Source: a virus (Duplodnaviria > Caudoviricetes). Taken from it: a DNA stretch of 64,000 nt. The notes below the pieces were generated by a model. The model was not told the DNA's origin, searched no databases, and worked only from the letters and a program-made list of their open reading frames with translations. The position numbers and the translations under genes are program-made. Positions 1-8,171 of the stretch are shown here, in pieces. The stretch spans positions 55,264 to 119,263 of IMG/VR virus record IMGVR_UViG_3300017912_003441. One strand, given 5' to 3'. Numbering within the stretch: position 1 is the first letter of the stretch; each line of letters starts with the position of its first letter.

Positions 1-390
1 TATATCATCTTCTTCTACATCTTCGAACTCTAGAATCTGTGGCGGAGCAGTGGTAGCAGACTCTAACAAATTTTGCTTCTTTATATCTAATACTATTAGA
101 TTTAATAATTGATTAGTAACTAAATCCTTCTTGGCTCTGGATACAAATCCTGAAACCTCTGACTTAGTAAACACACCCTCTAACATCTGTATGGGGTTCT
201 TAATCTGTGAATATATTAAGTGAGGTAAATAAAGTTCCGCAATCTTGGCGCAGTCACGAATAACGTAATAAGCGGACTTTTTGAGTATCTTAACTCCTGT
301 ATCGGGTTCTTTTGCAGCCTTCTTAGCTGCTCTTAAGAGCTTAGCCTCTTTACTCTTCGACTCTTTGAGAATCTTTTCTTCGAAGGTCAC
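1..390 (-). CDS. hypothetical protein, partial (runs off the window start)
   Basis: Manual translation from GTG at 390 (MTFEEKILKESKSKEAKLL...) stays open to position 1; TAAATA motif just upstream. Confidence 0.7.
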   Translation of the reverse strand, partial: MTFEEKILKESKSKEAKLLRAAKKAAKEPDTGVKILKKSAYYVIRDCAKIAELYLPHLIYSQIKNPIQMLEGVFTKSEVSGFVSRAKKDLVTNQLLNLIVLDIKKQNLLESATTAPPQILEFEDVEEDDI

Positions 391-505
391 GTAAATATTT
401 AATCATTCGTCGATTCTTAATCCAACGATAATAAGAACTTAATACTAATTTCCAGTTTTTTTATTCGCCATTTCTATCCATTAATAGCTAACTGTACAAA
501 TAAGT

Positions 506-739
506 TCAAGGCAACTCTATATTATAGATTGAATTCGTTGTCTCTGCGTTTAAGCTACGCAAATATAACATGTATTCATCTTTCTCTTCTCTCGTAAGAG
601 TATTATGTAAGCTTAACTTATTTTCTATTATTTTATTAGCTCTCACCTCTATTGGCTCTTCAGATAATAAGATAGAAAAGAATACTATAACTATCATTAT
701 AGTAAGTAACTTACTTGTCTCTTTTAACACTCGTACCAT
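506..739 (-). CDS. hypothetical membrane-anchored protein
   Basis: ORF track; N-terminal hydrophobic stretch. Confidence 0.55.
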   Translation of the reverse strand: MVRVLKETSKLLTIMIVIVFFSILLSEEPIEVRANKIIENKLSLHNTLTREEKDEYMLYLRSLNAETTNSIYNIELP

Positions 740-851
740 AAAACTTTAAATTACCTAGATACATAAATAATGCACATATTAACGCAATCGGTAATGCAAT
801 CAATATAACTAATGGACTTACTGGCTTATCTGGACAAGGAGGCTTAGACAT
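711..851 (-). CDS. small membrane protein (46 aa, below the ORF-track cutoff)
   Basis: Manual translation MSKPPCPDKPVSPLVILIALPIALICALFMYLG...; start overlaps the ferredoxin stop region. Confidence 0.45.
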   Translation of the reverse strand: MSKPPCPDKPVSPLVILIALPIALICALFMYLGNLKFYGTSVKRDK

Positions 852-1074
852 CATTTCCTATAGCTTCTACTGGACAATTGTCTAATGCGTTCTGACAGTC
901 AGACTCTTCTTCTTCATTCTCTGGCTGTTTATATACATATGAATAACCTTCTGTCTCTTGCCTAGTAAAGTTATTCGGCGCTTCTTCTCTACATAAATCA
1001 CAATCTATACATTGCTCATCTACGTAATACTTACCCGCTACATTCTCCGGTTGTATATCAGCTCTATCTGCCAT
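844..1074 (-). CDS. fdx: ferredoxin (single 4Fe-4S/3Fe-4S cluster type)
   Basis: CIDCDLC...CPVEAI motifs; ATAAATAA late-type motif 4 nt upstream of ATG. Confidence 0.92.
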   Translation of the reverse strand: MADRADIQPENVAGKYYVDEQCIDCDLCREEAPNNFTRQETEGYSYVYKQPENEEEESDCQNALDNCPVEAIGNDV

Positions 1075-1093
1075 ATAGTTATTTATCTAAAAT

Positions 1094-1169
1094 TGGAGCA
1101 CGTCCAGGGTACCGCCCCCTGCATAGATGGTTTTGCAGACCACTCCGTTCACTTGCTCGGTCGACGTGC
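1094..1169 (-). tRNA. tRNA-Cys(GCA) with non-canonical D- and T-loops
   Basis: 7-bp acceptor stem GCACGTC/GACGTGC, U73, encoded CCA, anticodon arm GTGGT-CTGCAAA-ACCAT; T-loop is GGCGGTA. Confidence 0.8.
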
Positions 1170-1245
1170 TGGTGGGCCTTGTAGGATTTGAACCTACGGC
1201 CAATCGATTATGAGTCGACTGCTCTAACCGCTGAGCTAAAGGCCC
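1170..1245 (-). tRNA. tRNA-Ile2(CAT), lysidine type, reads ATA
   Basis: Canonical cloverleaf GGGCCTTTAGCTCAG...GACTCATAATC...ACCA; paired 1:72 and body resemble ileX rather than fMet. Confidence 0.88.
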
Positions 1246-1254
1246 TTGATTCAT

Positions 1255-1482
1255 TTAATCTTTTAATACAAACTTCCTTACTGTGAATCTAAAAGCAAAG
1301 AAATTAATAATAGCCATTGCTATCAGTGCAAACGCATTAAATGATCCAGATTGCTCTAATGTATCCGGATCTGATATAGAACCTGTAATCGCTCCGATAA
1401 GCCCTACTACAAAGCCTACACCGAATAATCCTGCTAAGGTTATTAATGCAGTTAATACCCACGCTATCAAATAATCTTTCAT
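1255..1482 (-). CDS. hypothetical two-TM membrane protein
   Basis: Two hydrophobic helices; sigma70 promoter directly upstream. Confidence 0.75.
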   Translation of the reverse strand: MKDYLIAWVLTALITLAGLFGVGFVVGLIGAITGSISDPDTLEQSGSFNAFALIAMAIINFFAFRFTVRKFVLKD

Positions 1483-1489
1483 AAAACCT

Positions 1490-1517
1490 ATTATAGGAAC
1501 TCCGCAGAGGATTGCAA
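1490..1517 (-). promoter_or_regulatory. sigma70-type early promoter (leaderless)
   Basis: TTGCAA-16nt-TATAAT, 7 nt before ATG 1482. Confidence 0.7.
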
Positions 1518-1602
1518 AAAAAATTTAGCATGCGTTTAATTTACCCTTTTTTCGGGTTTCTATATATAACGAATTCTCGTACTTACAGCTCTATATAGAG
1601 AG

Positions 1603-1633
1603 GTGGAGAGAGTACTCTATATACTCTCTCCAC
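1603..1633. terminator. 12-bp stem-loop downstream of 1658..2143
   Basis: GTGGAGAGAGTA / TACTCTCTCCAC inverted repeat. Confidence 0.55.
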
Positions 1634-1657
1634 TCGACTGTTAGAAATGTAAGCTTG

Positions 1658-2143
1658 TTAGTTGATCTCTTGTAGTTCAGCTAATGCTTCATCGAATGTT
1701 GCTGGTTCTGGTTCTGGTTCAGGAGTAGATTTAGCAATCGACTCTAACGCGCTTTCGCTAGCGGTTACTTGTACAACATCATCTAATGATTGTACCTTCT
1801 CTTCTTTCTTCTTAGGAGTAGGCTTAGCGGTCTTGTACACACCAGCCTCAAACCAGAAGTTAGTTACTCGGCTCTTACTGTTCTTCTGAACAAGCTCCTT
1901 CAACTGCTCATCAGTACCGAGCCATGGCGGCATAGACTGATTGGTACGACTCTCGATAAGATCTTGTACGCTACGACCAGCTCGAAGTTGAGAACAGATA
2001 TACTTGCTTACATAATTATTAAGCAACCATTCACTAGTAACACCCAAGCGCGCTGCTTTAGATGCGAGATAGTTGTGAGAGGTCTTTCTGGATTGACCAG
2101 AGATGACACACGTTAGTACTGGGGCTGGATTTTTCTTAGACAT
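1658..2143 (-). CDS. hypothetical early protein
   Basis: ORF track; AAGGA SD-like motif upstream. Confidence 0.75.
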   Translation of the reverse strand: MSKKNPAPVLTCVISGQSRKTSHNYLASKAARLGVTSEWLLNNYVSKYICSQLRAGRSVQDLIESRTNQSMPPWLGTDEQLKELVQKNSKSRVTNFWFEAGVYKTAKPTPKKKEEKVQSLDDVVQVTASESALESIAKSTPEPEPEPATFDEALAELQEIN

Positions 2144-2178
2144 ATTAATTATAATTCCTTTCTGTTATGGTTATTGGT

Positions 2179-2334
2179 TTAAAGACTAGCTTCTGCTTCA
2201 CGACGCTCTTTCTTGAGCGGTTCAATTTCACGATGGATAGCACGGAGCATTTTCATTAATGCGCCCCAGCGCTTCCAAGCTTTTAGATTATCGATCTCTT
2301 TCTCTGTCATTTTCATGGCGCAATCAGCGTTCAT
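2179..2334 (-). CDS. small early protein (51 aa, not in ORF track)
   Basis: MNADCAMKMTEKEIDNLKAW...; TTGCAC-16-TATAAT promoter (2342-2369) 7 nt upstream. Confidence 0.65.
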   Translation of the reverse strand: MNADCAMKMTEKEIDNLKAWKRWGALMKMLRAIHREIEPLKKERREAEASL

Positions 2335-2372
2335 ACGATTAATTATAGCGATATTCCGGAGAGGTGCAACTG

Positions 2373-2573
2373 TTAATTTTCGAAATGTTTGGCTTGCTCA
2401 AAGCCCCAAACACGCATACTGTATTCTAAGAATTTATAGAATTCGAATTCACCCATATATGATCTAACTTCTCTGAGCATGTCATATTTATCATTATTAT
2501 CTGGAGAAGAAACCATACCAGTATCTTCTAACTCATCCATCACTTGCTCTATTATCTCTGTTTGTTTAGTCAT
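2373..2573 (-). CDS. hypothetical protein
   Basis: ORF track; packed in the early operon. Confidence 0.65.
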   Translation of the reverse strand: MTKQTEIIEQVMDELEDTGMVSSPDNNDKYDMLREVRSYMGEFEFYKFLEYSMRVWGFEQAKHFEN

Positions 2574-2582
2574 GACTGTAAA

Positions 2583-2765
2583 TTATTTAAAACGGAAAAA
2601 TTTCAACATCTTATAATGAATTGATCGCAACTCATTCAATTCTTCTTTCAGAGCTGGCTCTTCATTTATGACATCCTCACCTTCTGATTCAATCATATCA
2701 ATTTGCATTTCAATTAACGCTTCAAGCGCTTTAGCTTCTTGTTTATTAAATGTGATTTCTTTCAT
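2583..2765 (-). CDS. hypothetical protein
   Basis: ORF track; promoter at 2799-2827. Confidence 0.7.
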   Translation of the reverse strand: MKEITFNKQEAKALEALIEMQIDMIESEGEDVINEEPALKEELNELRSIHYKMLKFFRFK

Positions 2766-2785
2766 ATCTCTCTCTATCGTTCTAT

Positions 2786-2827
2786 CAACAACACCAATAT
2801 TATGGCGGCTCGCTCGGGTTTCGGCAA
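2786..2827 (-). promoter_or_regulatory. early promoter plus GTGTTGTT leader motif
   Basis: TTGCCG-17-CATAAT followed by GTGTTGTTG. Confidence 0.7.
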
Positions 2828-2862
2828 CTGTTATTTTCCGGATATTTATCTATCTCTTTCTA

Positions 2863-3039
2863 TTAAAGTGTTATTTCAGCAAACTCTACACTATCCATTT
2901 CATATCCGAAACCTTCTGCACCATCTACCATACTAACAAAACCATCTTCAATTTCGATAACAGTACCGCTATCTACACTCTTACCATTTTCGAAAACGAT
3001 CACTCTCATCCCAACTCTCAAATCGCTCTTATTTAACAT
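2863..3039 (-). CDS. small beta-barrel (KOW/SH3-like) protein, 58 aa, not in ORF track
   Basis: MLNKSDLRVGMRVIVFENGKSVDSGTVIEIEDGFV...; TTGCCG-17-CATAAT promoter at 3046-3074. Confidence 0.7.
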   Translation of the reverse strand: MLNKSDLRVGMRVIVFENGKSVDSGTVIEIEDGFVSMVDGAEGFGYEMDSVEFAEITL

Positions 3040-3162
3040 ACGTATATTATGGCGGGTTTTTGCGGATTCGGCAACAACTTTATTGCTTGCAGTGACAATA
3101 GTTTAGCGCAACGCCGCGCTTTTTTTTCAGTTAGTTTTTGCGATATAAACTATAACCGAGCG

Positions 3163-3444
3163 TTAAGCGCGTGCTTCGCGCGCTTTTACTCTATCTTCAT
3201 ACCGTTCATACTTGAATTCGAACGTGCTATTATCATCTGGACGATGCTGATCAATTTTATGATTCCAGCGCTTTTCATGACCTTCTGGAAATTTATAACG
3301 ATGCAGCTCACCGCTCATAATCTCTATGGTATGAGATAATCCCATTTCAATACCAATCTGAACTCCCTTTTCACGTCCAGCATTGAAACCTTCTTGATAA
3401 GCTTCCGCTTTGATCCGATCTAATGTTTTTCTCATTCTGCTCAT
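3163..3444 (-). CDS. hypothetical early protein
   Basis: ORF track; GGAG SD and promoter upstream. Confidence 0.75.
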   Translation of the reverse strand: MSRMRKTLDRIKAEAYQEGFNAGREKGVQIGIEMGLSHTIEIMSGELHRYKFPEGHEKRWNHKIDQHRPDDNSTFEFKYERYEDRVKAREARA

Positions 3445-3491
3445 ATCTCCAACAACACGAATATTATGGCGGCTAGAGCTGAAAACAGCAA
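3445..3491 (-). promoter_or_regulatory. early promoter plus GTGTTGTTGGAG leader
   Basis: TTGCTG-17-CATAAT. Confidence 0.7.
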
Positions 3492-3572
3492 CTACTTTCT
3501 GCGGATTTATTAAACTTTTTTTCTTTACTAACTCTCCGGGTAAAGTAGAATCATAGCAGAGATTATAAAAAG

Positions 3573-3597
3573 AGCTGGAGAGTATATCCCTCCAGCT
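3573..3597 (-). terminator. stem-loop terminator
   Basis: AGCTGGAG...CTCCAGCT with T-run on the minus strand. Confidence 0.6.
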
Positions 3598-3625
3598 TGA
3601 TTATTAAATTATCCAGAGAGGATAA

Positions 3626-3868
3626 TTAGTGAGTGGTAATGCGAGAAGTCTGCAATTCCCGAGAGAAGAAGCGGTTGTTGATCCCGACCTTCTGAGTCTT
3701 TCCGCCGACCTTATAATTGGCCTTCGCCGAATGAACATAATAATCGCCGTTCTCGGATCGGGTCATCTCGACTGTCACGCGACGCGCTCGAGCGTTGTCC
3801 TTAAACCAACTTGCGCGCTTACCATCAGTTGTCTCTAGCTGAGACTGAGCATATGTTTGTGCTGTCAT
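3626..3868 (-). CDS. hypothetical basic early protein
   Basis: ORF track; GAGG SD and TATAAT at 3881-3886. Confidence 0.75.
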   Translation of the reverse strand: MTAQTYAQSQLETTDGKRASWFKDNARARRVTVEMTRSENGDYYVHSAKANYKVGGKTQKVGINNRFFSRELQTSRITTH

Positions 3869-3972
3869 AACTACCCTCTTATTATAGGATATCCCGAGCA
3901 GTATTCCACTACTTTTTTTATTGGGAGAGTCGAGTCGAATTGTCTGAGGGGCCGTTAGTAAATCCTCTATGG

Positions 3973-4038
3973 TTACGTATATATGTATTACGTATATGTC
4001 AGACCCTGAGCTATCTTGAGAAAAACTGAGCTATCTTG
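3973..4038. repeat. two pairs of short direct repeats in a long intergenic gap
   Basis: TTACGTATAT at 3973 and 3988; CTGAGCTATCTTG at 4006 and 4026. Confidence 0.6.
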
Positions 4039-4085
4039 GGAGTTCTTTAAGGTTTATTGGTATTCATATATGGCTAATATACAAT

Positions 4086-4121
4086 AAAAAAATGCACTAT
4101 TCGTTAGAATAATGCACTTTT
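4086..4121 (-). terminator. intrinsic terminator
   Basis: Minus strand AAAAGTGCATTATTC-TAAC-GAATAGTGCATTTTTTTT. Confidence 0.65.
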
Positions 4122-4167
4122 GCGGAGATACTATATGTTTTTATCTGAGATCTATATATTTTTGACC

Positions 4168-4854
4168 TTAATTTCTAGGTAATTTCATACCAAAAGTATC
4201 TACATCCTGAGGAATACGGCCTGTATCATCATCAGGTAGGTTAAGATTTGCTTCTGGAACTGACCATCCTTCTGGGCCAACTTGCATAAGGTTAAAGACT
4301 CTTCCTTCATCTTCTTCATCTATGCTAACAATGATACCATCGTAATCGTCTTGAGATACATCTGCAGGAATAATCTCACCAACTTTATACGTACTAGGAT
4401 CTCCGGAGACATGATCGAATGCACCTTCTTGTAGCTTAGCTATTTTCTTTTTCAGCATATCTTTATATGCTTGTACACTGCCATAGTTCTTTTTAGCGAA
4501 TTCTTCATCAGGATTATCATGAAGCGCTTGTAAGTCTTTTACGTCATCATTACTACCTTCATCTACATTAGTAGACTCGTCGTAATCTTCTTCATCCCCG
4601 ATAACAGTATCAATGAACCAATTAGTCCAATTGTCACCTTGATCTTTGATCTGTTTAACCATATAATCAACAATGTCATCTGCACCAACAGCTTGTGCGG
4701 CTTTATGTAGAGGTTGTAGAAGTTCTTGATCCATCATGTATTGATTATGATGGTCAGTACTATTGTCTGCCTCTCTAGATACAAATGATTCCCAGATTAA
4801 CTTATCGTCGCTCTGGACTTCGTTTTGTGTTTTAGGTCCTTTGAATGACTTCAT
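4168..4854 (-). CDS. acidic hypothetical protein, possible internal virion protein
   Basis: MKSFK N-terminus; acidic, with LQE/VDE-type sites. Confidence 0.7.
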   Translation of the reverse strand: MKSFKGPKTQNEVQSDDKLIWESFVSREADNSTDHHNQYMMDQELLQPLHKAAQAVGADDIVDYMVKQIKDQGDNWTNWFIDTVIGDEEDYDESTNVDEGSNDDVKDLQALHDNPDEEFAKKNYGSVQAYKDMLKKKIAKLQEGAFDHVSGDPSTYKVGEIIPADVSQDDYDGIIVSIDEEDEGRVFNLMQVGPEGWSVPEANLNLPDDDTGRIPQDVDTFGMKLPRN

Positions 4855-4855
4855 A

Positions 4856-5080
4856 TTACTTGTTACAATGTGCGGCTTGAATTAATTCTCCGCACTTAGG
4901 GCATTCGAATTTATCAGAATCAGAAGCACCTTCTCTTTTAGTATTACAGCTTGTTTCATCAACAGTATCGGTATCAGTTGCTTCGTCTTCTTCAACAGTA
5001 TTGTTTGCTGGTACTTCAATCTTATGAGTATACATCTCATTAATGATTGCCTCAAGGTCTTTTTCGCGATTAGATCTCAT
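4856..5080 (-). CDS. small protein with a C-terminal zinc-ribbon-like motif
   Basis: FECPKCG...HC; TAAATAA upstream. Confidence 0.7.
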   Translation of the reverse strand: MRSNREKDLEAIINEMYTHKIEVPANNTVEEDEATDTDTVDETSCNTKREGASDSDKFECPKCGELIQAAHCNK

Positions 5081-5088
5081 ATAGTTAT

Positions 5089-5283
5089 TTAGTCTTCGTA
5101 GCGTGACTTTAAGTAAGCTTTGAACTTAGCCTCTTTCATTTTCTGTCTCTTAACTGCTGAAGGTTTCTGGAAGTATCGTCTTCTTCTGCATTCCCTAAGT
5201 ACATCATCTCTATCTAACTGCTTCTTCAGCCGCTTTAGAGCTTTGTCGATAGGTTCATCAGGGCGTAAGTTAACTTTAGACAT
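5089..5283 (-). CDS. rpsU: ribosomal protein bS21
   Basis: MSKVNLRPDEPIDKALKRLKKQL...RRYFQKPSAVKR; true start ATG 5283, since the ORF-track extension overlaps the upstream gene. Confidence 0.93.
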   Translation of the reverse strand: MSKVNLRPDEPIDKALKRLKKQLDRDDVLRECRRRRYFQKPSAVKRQKMKEAKFKAYLKSRYED

Positions 5284-5284
5284 A

Positions 5285-5983
5285 TTAGCGTTTGGAGTTA
5301 AAGTATTTCTGGAAGTTCTCGTCTCCGAGGTATGGAAGAGCATCTTCTTTATAGATCCAGAATCTAACATTATTACGATCACTATCATCTATAAAGTAAC
5401 CGTAACCTTCCAGAGAGGAGTTTCTTAATGATTTGAAAGCCAATTGAGTTAATTTAGTATAGATTGGACCTCTATTCTCATCTTTAGCACCAGTGAAGAG
5501 TAATACATTAGGTTGTCTAGTAATGATGTAGTGTTGCGCAATATGTATGATAGTGCCTATAACACGAGTAGCTCTATGGCCACCTTTACCTGTTTTAATG
5601 ACAGTACCTTCATCGGCATCAGAGAATCCATACTCAATAACGTTAGCATACTCGGGTTTAACTGCATTAGGATATTTAGATGCTACATATTGGTCCGCGG
5701 CCTGAACCGCTTGCCGGTGGTTGTACTTTGCGATACCGGCACTATCTCTCTCTGGTTCTATAAATTGATCTAAGGTATCGTCACTAGCGAAAGCTGCCTC
5801 TACCCTATATGGTTCGTCTGCGTCGTCTACCGTAAACTTATATAGTATAAGATTTCTATTGGTGCTATCGATATTAAAGTTATATGGATTATCGAATGCT
5901 TCTGTTAGCTTACAGTATTCTAGAAAGCTCATATGCTTTGTAGAAGATAACCAGCCCTCTTGTGTAGGGTAGAACGTACTCAT
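5285..5983 (-). CDS. hypothetical protein, possible GNAT-like/internal head protein
   Basis: ORF track; TGKG...R.IY pattern; internal MSFLEY..LTE segment. Confidence 0.7.
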   Translation of the reverse strand: MSTFYPTQEGWLSSTKHMSFLEYCKLTEAFDNPYNFNIDSTNRNLILYKFTVDDADEPYRVEAAFASDDTLDQFIEPERDSAGIAKYNHRQAVQAADQYVASKYPNAVKPEYANVIEYGFSDADEGTVIKTGKGGHRATRVIGTIIHIAQHYIITRQPNVLLFTGAKDENRGPIYTKLTQLAFKSLRNSSLEGYGYFIDDSDRNNVRFWIYKEDALPYLGDENFQKYFNSKR

Positions 5984-6390
5984 GAGTTGTATTGTGAAAC
6001 AGGAGGTGTTTTAGACCTTTGTTTATCTAATGGATCACTCTTTCTAGCTCCTCGCTCTTGAGCATCAGCACTCAATCTACCTTTGACCAAGTTACCAGAT
6101 TTAGTATAGTAATGACCATCCGGAGCTGTCTTAGTTTCTTTATTCATAGTCTCATAGCGAGTTTCAATCATATTCTTAATTTGTTTGAACTGACCCATGA
6201 GATCACTTACAATCTCTTTATCAGAGAAGTCCCAATCGAAGCCAAGTATATTCTTATCAATGTGATCGTATACGCTAGCAAGGATAAAGTCTTCTATTTT
6301 GAAGTTAGGTCTTTTACTCTCTTCAGTATATGTTTTCTTGAGATGTAGACCTTCGTAGAGCTCGTCGAGTTTAGAGTGGAACTGTTTCAT
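5980..6390 (-). CDS. hypothetical late protein
   Basis: ORF track; ATAAATAA upstream. Confidence 0.7.
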   Translation of the reverse strand: MKQFHSKLDELYEGLHLKKTYTEESKRPNFKIEDFILASVYDHIDKNILGFDWDFSDKEIVSDLMGQFKQIKNMIETRYETMNKETKTAPDGHYYTKSGNLVKGRLSADAQERGARKSDPLDKQRSKTPPVSQYNS

Positions 6391-6648
6391 TGTATAGAAT
6401 TATTTATTCTTTACGTGACGAGTTTAGGCTTGTTAATACGATCTAGAGCTTCTTGTACCTTCTTTATTTTATGTTGATCTGACTGCCATTTAGAAATAGT
6501 ATACAAAATATCTTTTATGTCTACTTGTTTAGCTTTCATTTTTTTGCTCTTTTATACTTCTTTTTAGGTCGTAAGTCCTCAATATATTTCATTTCAGGAT
6601 ATAGTTCAGCGTGATAATCTTCTATATCTTTAAACTTAAATAGCTTCT

Positions 6649-7185
6649 TTAAAATTTTGCGTACCATATACTTTCTTTCTCTTTCTTAGTTAGAGTCAAT
6701 TGTGCACCATTATTTGGTTCAATATAAACTACAGAGAGATTCTTTGCACCAGGTCTTTGTGTTATAACTGCATTGATAGCATGCAAGTTTTGTGAATTTG
6801 GTGCTTTACTATTATCATACCAGATTGTACCTACAGCTAATCCTTCTGAATCACTCTTGTTTTTCTTCTTTGCTTTAGAATTCTCTGTAAATGATAACGG
6901 GTTAGTCTTATAATGTAGCAAGTCACAATAGCTTTTATACAATGATGCTAAGTTCTCACAATCAAACTTACGGTGCCAGAATTGCTTTTGACCTGTCTTT
7001 CTATCTAATCCAATAAACTTTAACCATTTAGTAAAGCTATTATAAATTTCAGTCTTTATATAAGCACAATCTGGTATAGCATATGAAGAGTCAGTTATAT
7101 AATAACCTGCGTCTAATGAGAAGTCATCAACGTCTTTGTGAACGATATCTAATAGTTCTTGTCCGGTAATTGATAATACACTCAT
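6649..7185 (-). CDS. papain/transglutaminase-like Cys-protease fold protein (MOA agglutinin C-terminal-like)
   Basis: FDCENLA...HAIN...YIEPNN triad-like motifs. Confidence 0.55.
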   Translation of the reverse strand: MSVLSITGQELLDIVHKDVDDFSLDAGYYITDSSYAIPDCAYIKTEIYNSFTKWLKFIGLDRKTGQKQFWHRKFDCENLASLYKSYCDLLHYKTNPLSFTENSKAKKKNKSDSEGLAVGTIWYDNSKAPNSQNLHAINAVITQRPGAKNLSVVYIEPNNGAQLTLTKKEKESIWYAKF

Positions 7186-7373
7186 GCAATTAATTCCTTT
7201 ACCTCATCATAGGTTTGTTTCACTCTAATAACTCCGCGCTTAACTTCGATATTAGTTCCGTCTCCAGACTCAACCGGTGTAAAGCTTATAACTCTATTGG
7301 TGTTGATAGATACTTGTCGCTCTTTTCCTGTGGATAGTCCTGCTGTAATTAATTCTGTTAGTTCAATAAACAT
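7182..7373 (-). CDS. FlbD/SwrD-like small protein
   Basis: FIELT...IN...I..F...T.I...VKQTYDEV pattern. Confidence 0.55.
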   Translation of the reverse strand: MFIELTELITAGLSTGKERQVSINTNRVISFTPVESGDGTNIEVKRGVIRVKQTYDEVKELIA

Positions 7374-7594
7374 TATTCTTCCTCGTTATTGTCAAATTCA
7401 TACAATACTTTCAATAATTTATCAGCAAGTAGCTCAATATCACGTATGTCGTCGAACCTATCTTCTCTCACATCTAGAAACCTTTTGATCTCTACCATAA
7501 AGTCTAAGTACTCTTCTACTCTATGCTGGGCTGTACGTAACTTATTTTTTACGCTCTTATGATAACTTATTTGATCTTCTTGTGTCATCGCCAT
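7373..7594 (-). CDS. hypothetical coiled-coil protein
   Basis: ORF track; overlapping start/stop codons. Confidence 0.65.
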   Translation of the reverse strand: MAMTQEDQISYHKSVKNKLRTAQHRVEEYLDFMVEIKRFLDVREDRFDDIRDIELLADKLLKVLYEFDNNEEE

Positions 7595-7950
7595 ACTCTA
7601 TAACTATCTGAATCTTCTGAATAAGTACTCGTCTCGTCAAACTCAACTGGACTATCTTCATCAGCACTCAATCGATGAGCCATACCTCGAGGTATCTCCA
7701 TACAATCTCCCTCTTCTAATACTGTAACAGTATGTTCAACCGTCTTAGGATCAATTGTAGTAATAAACAACGTACCTTTTCTTACATAAAAGCATTCATG
7801 CTTCTTAAGATGATAATGCATAGAGGTACCTGCACCTGCATTAATATAAAGAATCTTACTGCAATAGTCTTCCTCTTTGTTGTTAACTCTAATGAGTTCG
7901 TACCCCCAGCTCTTATCTATCTTCTCTGGTAAGAATTGTAAGTGTTCCAT
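7585..7950 (-). CDS. cupin (mannose-6-phosphate isomerase type II C-terminal-like)
   Basis: KSWGYE...SMHYHLKKHECFYV..G...AHRL. Confidence 0.85.
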   Translation of the reverse strand: MEHLQFLPEKIDKSWGYELIRVNNKEEDYCSKILYINAGAGTSMHYHLKKHECFYVRKGTLFITTIDPKTVEHTVTVLEEGDCMEIPRGMAHRLSADEDSPVEFDETSTYSEDSDSYRVWR

Positions 7951-7964
7951 ATGAGTATTATAGC

Positions 7965-8171
7965 TTATCCATTCTCTTTATCAAGCTCAGTATAGATTTC
8001 GTTGAGAGAACATTCTTGACATTGAAACAATACTGTATTACCGAACATAGCTCCAGTTACTGGATTACCATCTCGACCTTCAGCACCACATTCGTCACAA
8101 GCGTCATAAGGTATATGTTTTTCTACAACGCTAGTTCCGACCGATATATTATTATAATAAGGACTTGTCAT
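7965..8171 (-). CDS. small zinc-finger-like protein
   Basis: CDEC...CQEC. Confidence 0.65.
   Translation of the reverse strand: MTSPYYNNISVGTSVVEKHIPYDACDECGAEGRDGNPVTGAMFGNTVLFQCQECSLNEIYTELDKENG

Noticed and set aside
416-443. CTTAAT/GATAAT/CTTAAT at 11-bp spacing as a second Pho-like box
   Set aside because: Short, AT-rich and oriented opposite to the adjacent gene; could easily be chance
768-801. 12-bp-period TAAYGCA repeats as an operator
   Set aside because: Explained by IAL/IAL/CAL codons of the small membrane ORF 711-851
1170-1245. tRNA-Met or fMet
   Set aside because: Paired G1-C72, no GGG/CCC anticodon stem and an ileX-like body favour Ile2; elongator Met is not fully excluded
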